Virus record (IMG/VR): IMGVR_UViG_3300020473_000017
Reading direction: 5' to 3' (one strand)
Length of the DNA stretch: 64,000 nt
Source of the DNA: a virus
Shown here: one piece after another, positions 16,456 through 25,690 of the stretch
Position numbering within the stretch: the first letter of the stretch is position 1
How the letters are laid out: each line of letters opens with the position of its first letter
Notes under the pieces: generated by a model
The model's database searches: none
What the model was told of the DNA's origin: nothing
The model's input: only the letters and a program-made list of their open reading frames with translations
Made by a program: the position numbers and the translations under genes

Positions 16456-16858
16456 AACCTTTCAGGAACTTAGCAAACTCAATTGCATTTTTAATATAGA
16501 ATGAACGGTTATTGATCGCTTGTAGAATTGCTTTCAATGCCTCGACCATTTGGTTATAGTACTTTAGCTTAAGAACGGATTTAGAATATTCTTCATCAGA
16601 TTCCAGATAGATTGGAACATCTGTCTTGATGAGTTTAAGGTGAAAAGGTTTCTCCGCTTTACCCGTATAGTACTCCCACCTCTCTCGGTAGGTACGTTTA
16701 CAATCCAACTCACCTTGATCCCGAAGGACAATGAAGTTGTTGTAAAGTCTTAAATATTTAGCATGTAATCTGGGGATCTCTAAACTGTCATGATCTAATT
16801 TTTCATCATTTAGTTGTGAGTCTTTCTCCCACATGTCATTCAAAGTGTCTAGGTTCAT
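16445..16858 (-). CDS. uvsY: Recombination mediator UvsY
   Basis: W..DS, SL.IP.LH.KYL, WEYY.GKA, I.NR.F.IKNAIE. Confidence 0.92.
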   Translation of the reverse strand: MNLDTLNDMWEKDSQLNDEKLDHDSLEIPRLHAKYLRLYNNFIVLRDQGELDCKRTYRERWEYYTGKAEKPFHLKLIKTDVPIYLESDEEYSKSVLKLKYYNQMVEALKAILQAINNRSFYIKNAIEFAKFLKGYEI

Positions 16859-17412
16859 ACTTTAAGTCCGTCTTTATCAGTTATCTCGTAGAGTGTATAC
16901 TTGAAGTTAACCTGAGCTGTAAAGTAATTGATGTCAGTTGCAGATGCATCAAACTCTAAAGTGGTTAAACTTGTTGGAAATATATTAAAGAAGTTAATAG
17001 CAGAGATTGTATTATAGTTACTATTCAGAATCAATAAACGAGCATCACTCATTGTTTTCTTAAATTTACCTATCCTACCTTTCTCATCAACTGTATTAAT
17101 ATAATCATAAAACTCTTGCTGCTCTTTAGGGGTAGTAAGTCCCTTCAACCATTTGTAGATTTCATAATAGTTATCAAGATCTTCATTAACTAGGAAACTT
17201 AATTGCAAATCTCCAAACGTCATCTTATCACCAGGAATTGAATAGTCCTTTATTGGTGTCTGTATGTCCCTTACACCAATACTAACTTCAGGTATAGAAG
17301 CCGATTGACAAAAGTAATCTACATTAGGTGTCCTACCAATAACAAATTTAAAACCTACGGGAGATAAAAAGTTTTTGTTAGCAGGAGAGAATAGGGATTG
17401 ATCGTAAGCCAT
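16855..17412 (-). CDS. gp3: Tail completion and sheath stabilizer gp3
   Basis: NFLSPVGFKF, YFCQSA.IP, PGDK..F.DL...FLV.E.L.NY, SDARL.IL, FP.SL. Confidence 0.92.
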   Translation of the reverse strand: MAYDQSLFSPANKNFLSPVGFKFVIGRTPNVDYFCQSASIPEVSIGVRDIQTPIKDYSIPGDKMTFGDLQLSFLVNEDLDNYYEIYKWLKGLTTPKEQQEFYDYINTVDEKGRIGKFKKTMSDARLLILNSNYNTISAINFFNIFPTSLTTLEFDASATDINYFTAQVNFKYTLYEITDKDGLKV

Positions 17413-17447
17413 TAGTTCACGCAGGTCTCCGTATTATTTAGAGACAT

Positions 17448-17474
17448 AAAAAAAGAGGGTCTTTCGACCCCCTC
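17448..17474 (-). terminator. Rho-independent terminator
   Basis: GAGGGGGTC-GAAA-GACCCTC followed by a T-run. Confidence 0.85.
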
Positions 17475-17500
17475 AAACTAAAAGTTTTCAGTGCATGGTT

Positions 17501-17680
17501 CTAATCGAATACGTTTTTACACATTGATTTGCATGATGCTGGTAAGTCTTCACACTCTATAAGACACTCAAAATAATCATCGATCAAATTTATATCAGCG
17601 TCGTTTTCGCTTAAAGTTGTCATACTACTATCGATACGATTCCAACTGCCTAGTTGATTTTGTGAGACTATGTTGTGCAT
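17501..17680 (-). CDS. 59-aa picocyanobacterial-type microprotein with CX3C-X6-CX3C motif
   Basis: MHNIVSQNQLGSW...DDYFECLIECEDLPASCKSMC; strong SD AAGGAGG 5 nt before ATG 17680. Confidence 0.8.
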   Translation of the reverse strand: MHNIVSQNQLGSWNRIDSSMTTLSENDADINLIDDYFECLIECEDLPASCKSMCKNVFD

Positions 17681-17768
17681 GTGCACCTCCTTAAATTGAA
17701 CTTCATAATAAAACCATTTGGTTTCATCTTGTTCTCCAATTCTACTATTATGTATGCAAATACTAACC

Positions 17769-17782
17769 GTATTTACCGATAC
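17769..17782. promoter_or_regulatory. Putative NtcA binding site
   Basis: Minus strand (T)GTA-tcggtaaa-TAC, an exact GTA-N8-TAC match; candidate -10 TAGAAT at 17744-17739. Confidence 0.6.
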
Positions 17783-17822
17783 ATTTTAACAAAAAGAAAT
17801 GCCTACGAGATTATACCTAGAC

Positions 17823-17850
17823 AAAAAAAGAGACCCCGTAGGGTCTCTTT
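17823..17850 (-). terminator. Rho-independent terminator after gp23
   Basis: AAAGAGACCC-TACG-GGGTCTCTTT followed by a T-run. Confidence 0.9.
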
Positions 17851-17872
17851 GAAAGTATGTATATCCCGTGGA

Positions 17873-19243
17873 TTACATGAGGTTTGCAACTTTAACTCTT
17901 CTGTAGTAAGCGTTAGCGTTGAGGTTACCAGCTGCCTGTGGATCTGAATCAGATAGAGCAGCAAGTCCCTTAGCAAATGGGTTAAGAACCATTCCGTAAC
18001 GAGTTTTAAACCCGATACGTGGTTGGAATGAATCCTGACCAATCGCTCTGTACATCTGGAGAGGTACATAAGGACAGTAGAATAATCCAGCATCGTATGC
18101 GTTGGATCCTTTATAACCTACAACGTAGTACTGATCAGAACTTACGTTTGCAGAATATGGGTCAATGTAGACCTTGAAGCGTCCGTTGAGTGTTCCAACG
18201 AAAGTGTTGCCTGTGTCATCAACTTCGCCAAGTCCACCAGTAGCACCAGTGATACCTGAATCGTAGTCAAGGATACCAGACATAGCAAGAGCAGAAGCTA
18301 CATCAGCAGATGTGATGATAACGTTGCCCTTCCCGCGACGAGTTTCCTGCGCGATTGCGTTAGCGTCTCTTTCGATTTGGAAGAGTAGACCTTTGAATTT
18401 CTCAACAGACCATCTACCATTACTGTCAACGTCAAGGTCGAATACACCTTGGTTTGCTACGTTTGCCTGAGCACCTGGCTTAGCACCACGGTAAACAGTA
18501 CGTACAACTTCACGGTTGATTTCAGCAAGGATCTCTGTTGAAAGAATGTTTGCTAGTTCAGACTCGGCATCTAATCCGTGGATTGCTTTCAAGTCTTGAG
18601 CAAGTTCAACTGAGTAGTCAGCTCTTAGCGCACGACCTTTTGCTTCTACAGCAATACGGTCTATGCTAAATGCCATCTCCATGAAGGCATTACCAGCTGT
18701 ACCATCGCCTAGTCCTTCAAGATCGCCAGTAGAGAACTTGCTAGAAGCAAGGTCATAGTTAGTGGATGTTGTACCACCACCAGTTGCGTCGTTGATAAGA
18801 CCTGGGTTTTTCTCAGTGGTAGCTGTAGGAGGTGTTCCACCCTTAGTACCAGAGAACTGTGCATCTGGCTCATCGAAGAATGCTTCGTTACCAGCCTGAT
18901 TGGTGTAACGAGAACGCATTGCGAAAATAAGTCCAGTTGGACCTGACATAGGCTGAACGCCAGCGATGTCATAAGCAATTAGCTTAGGCATAGCACGACG
19001 GATCAAGCTGATGAGGATAGGGTCGAAACCATATACAGCACCAGAACCTGTTGTCTGAGTGTTGATAGGACCAACGTTTGTTGGTGCCTCTGTAAGAACG
19101 GCACGTTCTTCTTGTAGTGCCTTCTCTTGGTTCTCCAAGAGGATGGCGGTTACCGACTTACGATAGTTGTCCTTAATTTCAGGAAGACCATCATGGTTAA
19201 GTACTGGTGCCCACTTCTCTTGGAGTTGTTCTGCATTAAACAT
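17873..19243 (-). CDS. gp23: Major capsid protein gp23
   Basis: KWAPVL, LIRRAMP.LIAYDIAGVQPM.GPTGLIFAMR, ELAQDLKAIHGLDAE.EL, FQPRIGFKTRYG. Confidence 0.99.
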   Translation of the reverse strand: MFNAEQLQEKWAPVLNHDGLPEIKDNYRKSVTAILLENQEKALQEERAVLTEAPTNVGPINTQTTGSGAVYGFDPILISLIRRAMPKLIAYDIAGVQPMSGPTGLIFAMRSRYTNQAGNEAFFDEPDAQFSGTKGGTPPTATTEKNPGLINDATGGGTTSTNYDLASSKFSTGDLEGLGDGTAGNAFMEMAFSIDRIAVEAKGRALRADYSVELAQDLKAIHGLDAESELANILSTEILAEINREVVRTVYRGAKPGAQANVANQGVFDLDVDSNGRWSVEKFKGLLFQIERDANAIAQETRRGKGNVIITSADVASALAMSGILDYDSGITGATGGLGEVDDTGNTFVGTLNGRFKVYIDPYSANVSSDQYYVVGYKGSNAYDAGLFYCPYVPLQMYRAIGQDSFQPRIGFKTRYGMVLNPFAKGLAALSDSDPQAAGNLNANAYYRRVKVANLM

Positions 19244-19281
19244 GCTAGATACTCCGAATTTGTTTTTTGGGTTTACAGTTT

Positions 19282-20340
19282 TTAAAGTCTCTTAGCTAAT
19301 TCAGCGACATAAGATGTCATTGATTCACTAAGTTGCTTTTCAACTTTTGCTTGTGGCTCTTCAGTAGAGATTTCTTCTGCTACTTCAGGTGTCTTAGCAC
19401 CAAAGTAACTCTCTTTGATTTGTCCAAGCTTTTCACGATACGTCTCTTCTGATTTGAACTCGACTGCTTCGGCTAGAGAGGTAAACTTGTCCTTCTGAAC
19501 TTCTGCAAGTCCTCTGGATAGTTCTGTCAAAATCTCATTCTTACGATAGGTAGATACCTTCTCATGCAGTCCGACGTTCTTCTCAACTTGTTCGTTAAGA
19601 CGGGTCTCCATTTCATCAAGTTTCTCGCTCATATCAGCGACTGCATCAAGCTTCTCATCTGGAAGATTGATGTTGCTTTCAATGAACAATTTCTTTAATC
19701 CATCCATGAATGCCTCTGTTACTTCTGAACGGAGTCCTTTCTCGATAGCGAGTTCGTTCTCGGACATCCATTCCTCAGTGGCATACTGTAGGAAATTCTC
19801 TACGCGACCAGCGAACTCTTCTTTGATCTTTTCGAGTTCTTCACCAATTCTGGTCTCTGCGGTTTCCTTAAGTCCAGCGACTTGCTCTTGTACCTTTGCG
19901 TGTACAGCAGCTTCAAATACAGTCGTTGCTTTCTTTTGGAATTCTTCGTCAAGATCGGCACCTGCAAGAATTGCACTGATGTCTTCTTTGACTTCTGTTT
20001 CGGAGATTGTGTCTCCTTCCTTTTCTACATCATCAAAGATCTTAGCGGAAAGTCCACCTGGAAGACTAGGTGAAGCACCACTTGGCTTTGTTTGAATTGT
20101 AGAATCTTTTGTTGCACCTACAGGAGCAGCCGCTTTAGCACCAACATTTTCTGGTCCTTCTGGCTTCTCTTTTGTGCTTCCACCTACTTCGATAGCATCG
20201 TTTTTTAGGTCGGATTTCTGTTGAGGTACTGCGCCTTTCTTGATGGCTGCATCGCCGACTGCGGCATCTTCCTCGATTTTTTCAGCTGGAGCTTTGCTTT
20301 CGGCAATCACCTTCTGAAATTTTTCATCAATACTTGACAT
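19282..20340 (-). CDS. gp22: Prohead core scaffolding protein gp22
   Basis: EEF..KA.TVFEAAV, EEW..ENELAIE.G.RSE..E.F..GLK.LF.E, IKESYF. Confidence 0.95.
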   Translation of the reverse strand: MSSIDEKFQKVIAESKAPAEKIEEDAAVGDAAIKKGAVPQQKSDLKNDAIEVGGSTKEKPEGPENVGAKAAAPVGATKDSTIQTKPSGASPSLPGGLSAKIFDDVEKEGDTISETEVKEDISAILAGADLDEEFQKKATTVFEAAVHAKVQEQVAGLKETAETRIGEELEKIKEEFAGRVENFLQYATEEWMSENELAIEKGLRSEVTEAFMDGLKKLFIESNINLPDEKLDAVADMSEKLDEMETRLNEQVEKNVGLHEKVSTYRKNEILTELSRGLAEVQKDKFTSLAEAVEFKSEETYREKLGQIKESYFGAKTPEVAEEISTEEPQAKVEKQLSESMTSYVAELAKRL

Positions 20341-20387
20341 TTAAGTAACTCCTTACTGGATAATTAGACGGGGTAATTTCTATAATT

Positions 20388-20395
20388 TATTTATA
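20388..20395 (-). promoter_or_regulatory. T4-type late promoter
   Basis: Exact TATAAATA upstream of gp22. Confidence 0.85.
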
Positions 20396-20397
20396 AA

Positions 20398-21048
20398 TCA
20401 CAGACTTCTGAGAAGTTGATTGAAAGCGCGGAGCTTTCTCTCAGCAAGTTCTTGCGATGAGGGAGCGTTATCAAGGGATTCCTTGACAGCTTCTAATTGT
20501 GCTTCTTTAATCTTACCATCAACTAAAGTCCACTCTTTACCTTCATAGATACCTTCAACAAAAGCATCAGGTGCAGAAGGGTCAGCAACTATATCTGCTG
20601 CTGTAGATAGGATAAAGTCGTCGGCGACTACAGATGTAGCACCCTCTTTTTTAAGAGAGCCTAAACCTCTAGAAGAAACACCAAGTTGTACCCCTTCCTC
20701 AAGCAAGTTCTTTGCGATCTTACCCATTGGGGTTTCTAACAACTTTGCCTTACCCACGAAGTTTTTACCTTCAGGAGTAAGTTCAACGATCTTATGGGAA
20801 ACGCGATCCAAATTAATTGTTGGACCTTCAGGATGACCAAGTTCTCCGAGTGCTCTTCCGCGTTGGATGAACTCCTCATTGTACTTGTTTACCTCACGAG
20901 CCATGGTATCGTACTTATACATACGACCATTGCGATTGGTGATCTCGGTCTGTAAAAACACACCCTTAATGTAGGTATCCTTCTTACCGTCTTTGTCTTC
21001 GGTAAGAACTTCTACAGGTTCAATTTGTTCCGTGATCAGTTTCATCAT
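20398..21048 (-). CDS. gp21: Prohead protease gp21
   Basis: MKLITE, NRNGR.Y, RALGELGHP, LDRVSH, GVSSRGLGS, DIVADPSAPDAFV. Confidence 0.97.
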   Translation of the reverse strand: MMKLITEQIEPVEVLTEDKDGKKDTYIKGVFLQTEITNRNGRMYKYDTMAREVNKYNEEFIQRGRALGELGHPEGPTINLDRVSHKIVELTPEGKNFVGKAKLLETPMGKIAKNLLEEGVQLGVSSRGLGSLKKEGATSVVADDFILSTAADIVADPSAPDAFVEGIYEGKEWTLVDGKIKEAQLEAVKESLDNAPSSQELAERKLRAFNQLLRSL

Positions 21049-21325
21049 CGTTTTCCTTTGCTTCGTTGTCATCTGGATTGCGGTTAATCACATCTGCCAT
21101 TTCCTCTGGTGAAGCTTCACCTTCTGGTGGTAGACCTGTTTCCCTAGAATTCACATTACCTTCATCAGGAACATGCGGGAACATGCGATTAGCAATATCC
21201 AATTTGCTGGCATCAACGGACGCGGCCGCCTTTACCTGCAACATGTCTTTGAGTTTGTCCAGAGCAGCAGCATCCTGCCCTCCGTCCCAAAGTAAATCAA
21301 CGATTTCTCGTTCTTGTGTAGCCAT
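21020..21325 (-). CDS. Small acidic protein at the prohead-core (gp67/gp68) position
   Basis: Located between gp20 and gp21 with its own ATAAATA motif (21353-21347). Confidence 0.6.
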   Translation of the reverse strand: MATQEREIVDLLWDGGQDAAALDKLKDMLQVKAAASVDASKLDIANRMFPHVPDEGNVNSRETGLPPEGEASPEEMADVINRNPDDNEAKENDDETDHGTN

Positions 21326-21345
21326 AATGTAACGTTGTCTAAGAT

Positions 21346-22959
21346 TTATTTATTACCGTTTGCTTTTTGAGGCGCGGGTTTGAGTGCTTGCTTGGTCTGA
21401 GCCTTCTTCAATTCTATGTCTTGTTCCGCGCTAGCCTGGTCGGTTTCCATGCTCTGAACGTCCATTGCAAGTAGATCTGAAGGTGCCAATGCAAGTCCAT
21501 TCTTGATATCATCAGCCATCTCTCCATCTATTTCTTCTATCTCAGTTTCAGTCTGACCAAGAATCTGAGTACGGATATATTCCGTAGAGAAGTACTTACC
21601 AACAAAAGGATCCATAGCAGCAATGACATTTAATTTCTCATTCATCATCTCAAGATTTTTAAGTTCCGTGAAATGATTATCATAGAGATAGTCATATTGA
21701 ATATGCTCCTTCATGTCTTCCCAATCTTCAGGAGTAATAACACCCTTAAGAATGAGTTGAGTCTTTAGAGTATCTTGGAAGATATCACTAAACTTCTTGC
21801 GGAGTTTTCCTACAAACTTAGTGAACTTCAGTTCATCTCTAGTGATTTCTGAAGATCTACCAAGGTTAAATGATGTCTGAGAATCTAATCTACCAGCAGG
21901 AACATTTAACGCTTTGTAAAGTTTTGTTTGGAAATATTGCACGTCTGTAAGCTCTCCAAGGTTTTGACCCCCTGGAAGTGTGGTAATTTCCGTTCCTCTA
22001 CCACCTTCACGGCGAGGTAACCAGAAATCTTCCATCATAGACATGTATTTACGATCATCTCTGATCTCACCAGTAGCAGCATCGTATACTAATTTGTTAC
22101 GATACCTACCCATAACTTCACGAAGGTACTGTTCCGCTTTAACTTTCGGAAGATTACCTACGTCAATATAAAATATTCTACGCTCTGGTGCACGAGATAT
22201 ACGATAGATGACCAAAGAATCTTCAATCATTCTAAGTTGATTGAGTACTTTGATACCTTTGTGCAAATAAGATAATACAATATTTCTATTGGTATCCATG
22301 ATACCAGAAGTAATATAGGTTATTGCATCCTTTGCAATCTTGATTCCACTATTAGCAGATGTGTTATTCAACCCTTTAGGATTGTATATGAAGTATTCTT
22401 CTGACTTACCAAAGTCATACTTCATAAATTCATCTGCAGTTTTAGGTTTATTAATCTGCCTTACTTTCTTAATCTTTGAAGGATCAACATAACGAACCTC
22501 AAGAATACCATCTTGGGGTGCATCTAAATTGATTACCTTATGATAATATAAACGCCCATCAATGTACCATCTACGGAACATCTCATGGGCTTTACTATCA
22601 AATGCAAATAAGTTTTTAATATAATCAAACTCTGTACGAATCATCCCCTTAACACTTTCGCTAACTTCGAGGTTATCTAAGTTAACTTGTACAGGACTAT
22701 CGTTCTTGTCAGCAACGATTGCTTCATGGATAATATCTTCGATAGCTGAATCCACTTCAGGATGCATCGCCATCTCACGATATTTTTTCACCATATCGTA
22801 CTCGGTCTTGAAGTTACCGTCTAGATCAAGATACTGACCATAGTAACCACCCGCAATAAAACTGGTTGCGCCGTCCTCGCTTGAAGGGGCAATTGGAGAA
22901 GGAGCTCTGTCCTTCTCCTGAACCTTCTTCTTAAACGAGAAACCGAATAACTCTGCCAT
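21346..22959 (-). CDS. gp20: Portal protein gp20
   Basis: RRWYIDGR, IEDSLVIYRISRAPERRIFYIDVGNLPK, EDFWLPRREGGRGTEITTLPGG. Confidence 0.99.
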   Translation of the reverse strand: MAELFGFSFKKKVQEKDRAPSPIAPSSEDGATSFIAGGYYGQYLDLDGNFKTEYDMVKKYREMAMHPEVDSAIEDIIHEAIVADKNDSPVQVNLDNLEVSESVKGMIRTEFDYIKNLFAFDSKAHEMFRRWYIDGRLYYHKVINLDAPQDGILEVRYVDPSKIKKVRQINKPKTADEFMKYDFGKSEEYFIYNPKGLNNTSANSGIKIAKDAITYITSGIMDTNRNIVLSYLHKGIKVLNQLRMIEDSLVIYRISRAPERRIFYIDVGNLPKVKAEQYLREVMGRYRNKLVYDAATGEIRDDRKYMSMMEDFWLPRREGGRGTEITTLPGGQNLGELTDVQYFQTKLYKALNVPAGRLDSQTSFNLGRSSEITRDELKFTKFVGKLRKKFSDIFQDTLKTQLILKGVITPEDWEDMKEHIQYDYLYDNHFTELKNLEMMNEKLNVIAAMDPFVGKYFSTEYIRTQILGQTETEIEEIDGEMADDIKNGLALAPSDLLAMDVQSMETDQASAEQDIELKKAQTKQALKPAPQKANGNK

Positions 22960-22996
22960 AATATTTTTGGTTTCTGCTTACCTACTATTTAGTCGC

Positions 22997-23599
22997 TTAA
23001 CCAGGGTCTGTTTCAGCGGAAACTAAATTAACTCCATCACCATCCTTAGTGACGTGGTATTGATATGCAAACTCAACATCAAATTCTTCATAAGAATCGT
23101 TGTTGTCATATGCAACAGAAATTTGAGAAACACTTACAGGCCATGCTCCTATCAAATCATAGGAACGAATGACTTTTAGTGCATCCGCACTGCTGAACTT
23201 ATCAAGTTGTGAAACAGTAATCTTTTGGAATGTTGCAGCGATGTCTGCTTCTGCTAGGTTAGCATCTACAGCATTTGTTAATGAGATCCACTTCTCATAA
23301 GCGGCACGCATCTTAAATGCATCATCGTTGTAGAATGTTCCAGTCCATGTCTCGTAAGTTCTGTCACCAGGAACTTTTACGACACGACCACGGAAAGGAA
23401 GTTCAACTGTTCCAACATTAGTTGCAGGTAATGCAGCAGACTTACACATAAATTGTACTGGATCGGAATCAGCACCTCTAATTACAGGTGCTGTAACTCC
23501 ACCAGGCCAACCATGTGTAACTGAAAAGAGGTTAGGGCGAACACCACCTCTTATAGCTTCCTGAAAACTTAGTAGCCCTAGTTTGGTTGCTTCAGCCAT
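22997..23599 (-). CDS. gp19: Tail tube protein gp19
   Basis: GG.RPNLF.V, F.CK.A.LP, PFRGR..K.PGDR.YE.W, EEFDVEFAYQY. Confidence 0.96.
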   Translation of the reverse strand: MAEATKLGLLSFQEAIRGGVRPNLFSVTHGWPGGVTAPVIRGADSDPVQFMCKSAALPATNVGTVELPFRGRVVKVPGDRTYETWTGTFYNDDAFKMRAAYEKWISLTNAVDANLAEADIAATFQKITVSQLDKFSSADALKVIRSYDLIGAWPVSVSQISVAYDNNDSYEEFDVEFAYQYHVTKDGDGVNLVSAETDPG

Positions 23600-23624
23600 T
23601 TTCTTTTAATACTCCTTAATTAAT

Positions 23625-25631
23625 TTAGCGTTTGGGGACGACTTCTTCAAAGCTAACACCAGTACGGGTAGCGATAAAGGTCAATGTGATAAAGTTGATC
23701 GAGCGTGCTGGCTTGATGTAGAAATCAGCCTTAAACTCGTTAGCGTCAATGATTGCACCAGTATTATTGGTACTATCACAAACAACCAAGAAGTCAGTGA
23801 TACCTCTTTCGGCTTGAATGCCTCTAAGATATGGTTCAACAACATTCTTAAAGTTGTTACGAGTGAACTCGTCATTAAGTTCAAAAAGAACCCCCTTCGC
23901 AGCGTTACCGATTGTCTTCTCTATCACGTTGAAAAGACGGCGAACGTTAATGCGATCAAAAGCAGATGGTGAAGCGAGAGCAGTTTTGTCTCCGAACAGG
24001 ATGATACCCTGACCAGGAAGAGAAGTAACTGGGTTAATTCTATTCTGATAGAGTTTATCTCTCTCTGTTCTTGTTGGTGAGAATGCAAGTTTAACAGCAT
24101 TCTTGATTGCACCACGATTCAAACCAGCAGGTGAGAACCAAGGCAATCCATTAGCAGTAGTAGCGGCACATAATCCTGCTGTGTCTCCATTGCAGGGAAC
24201 GTAACGATACTTGTCACTAAATCTGTCGTAGACATACTTCCAAGTATTGTCAAACACACCGAATGATGTTGCTTGAAGTGTATCGTAGAAGTCAACTACG
24301 TTTTGTGTTTGTGTTGCAGAGCTTGTTACTCCAACAACATCTCCTCTATATGGTGAGAGGAATGCGATACAATCTTTACGAGCAGAAGCAATTGTTAATG
24401 CAGCAGCTGCAACAGCCTTTGTATTAGTCTTTGCAGATGCACTACTTCCAGTATCTCCTGGACCTGCCAGTAGATAATCGATCATGATTGTTTCAGGATC
24501 AGCAAACTCTTGCATTGCTGAAATGATTTCTCCAGATGTCGCACCACCTGATTCAGCACCTTTTGCCAAGGTGTAAGATCTTCCACCGATTAAGTCAAAT
24601 GCAGTTGTGCTATCATTACCAGCATTATTAGTACCAGCAATGTTACCAGTAGCTAGTTGATTAGCACTTACATCATAAAGATCAGTAGCTTCATGAGATC
24701 CCCAGTATACCCAATTGGATTTATCTAGGAAAACTTGTGGATAGTAATTACCAGATCCTTCAGATGTCTTACCGTTATTTGCTTTAGACAAATAAGTAAA
24801 CTTCTCAAGAACTGTATTTGGAACTCCGCTGATATCGCCTGTTCCGTCATATACTACTACATGAACTTCATCATTAGATCCACCACGAGCAGCTACGTAA
24901 GGAGAAGTTCCAGGACGAGGACCGATTGAACTCCAGTTAAGACCTGTGAAGACTTCTTGCTCATCATACCAAGGAGCTTTTGCTGTGACGTTGAGGTCGG
25001 TAACACCGTTCTCAATGAGGTCAGTTGCAATCCAAGTGTCAGAAGTAATTATGGATACTTTATTATTAGCAGCATCCCAATCGAAAATGTACCCAGATTT
25101 AGCACCGTTGGGGCTAGCAGAGGCAGTGGTTATTTGGGTACCTACTGTTGTTGTTCCTAATGCACCGTCAAGTGTTAGAGTAATGTCAGCACCAGCATCT
25201 ATAGTTGCAACTCTCAGAGAGTTTTGCTCTGTTCCTATATTTCTTGATGCCCACTTGAATGCATTATTACCTGCATCGAAATAGGTTGCTTCATATACAT
25301 CCTTAGTTGGAATTGAAAGAAGGTATGGAGAAGTCGTACTGTCGTCTGAAGCACTTAGTTGTCCTGAAGTAGATGCTCTAACTACATCCACTACTCCACC
25401 GTATGATAGGAAACTTGCAGCAGTCCACCATGTTTCTGCGTTTGCATCAGTGGGTTCACCGAAGGTTTCAATTAATTGAGCTTCTGTTGATATGCGTATC
25501 GGTGTCAGTACTGGTCCTTTTGTGAAGGCCCCAGCAATAGCTCCTACGTTTACGTCAACGGTCTCAATCGAACCAATAGTCAGATCCCTTTCCTGGATCT
25601 CAACTCCTGGCGATAAGAGCGTGCTAGCCAT
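23625..25631 (-). CDS. gp18: Tail sheath protein gp18
   Basis: LSPGVEIQERDLT, PWFSPAGLNRG, GDKT, FDRINVRRLF, KPARSINFITL.F.A. Confidence 0.98.
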   Translation of the reverse strand: MASTLLSPGVEIQERDLTIGSIETVDVNVGAIAGAFTKGPVLTPIRISTEAQLIETFGEPTDANAETWWTAASFLSYGGVVDVVRASTSGQLSASDDSTTSPYLLSIPTKDVYEATYFDAGNNAFKWASRNIGTEQNSLRVATIDAGADITLTLDGALGTTTVGTQITTASASPNGAKSGYIFDWDAANNKVSIITSDTWIATDLIENGVTDLNVTAKAPWYDEQEVFTGLNWSSIGPRPGTSPYVAARGGSNDEVHVVVYDGTGDISGVPNTVLEKFTYLSKANNGKTSEGSGNYYPQVFLDKSNWVYWGSHEATDLYDVSANQLATGNIAGTNNAGNDSTTAFDLIGGRSYTLAKGAESGGATSGEIISAMQEFADPETIMIDYLLAGPGDTGSSASAKTNTKAVAAAALTIASARKDCIAFLSPYRGDVVGVTSSATQTQNVVDFYDTLQATSFGVFDNTWKYVYDRFSDKYRYVPCNGDTAGLCAATTANGLPWFSPAGLNRGAIKNAVKLAFSPTRTERDKLYQNRINPVTSLPGQGIILFGDKTALASPSAFDRINVRRLFNVIEKTIGNAAKGVLFELNDEFTRNNFKNVVEPYLRGIQAERGITDFLVVCDSTNNTGAIIDANEFKADFYIKPARSINFITLTFIATRTGVSFEEVVPKR

Positions 25632-25671
25632 GCGTTTTACTCCTGATGATAAATCAATTTTTGTCTAATAT

Positions 25672-25678
25672 TATTTAG
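25672..25678 (-). promoter_or_regulatory. Late promoter-like motif upstream of gp18
   Basis: CTAAATA; the same variant precedes gp3 (17441-17435), gp20 (22992-22986) and the 301-aa gene (40392-40386). Confidence 0.55.
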
Positions 25679-25690
25679 AAAAAAGTGAAT

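Noticed and set aside
17501-17680. CP12 assignment for the Cys-rich microprotein
   Set aside because: It lacks the AWD.VEEL core and the C-terminal C...P...EC..Y motif of CP12.
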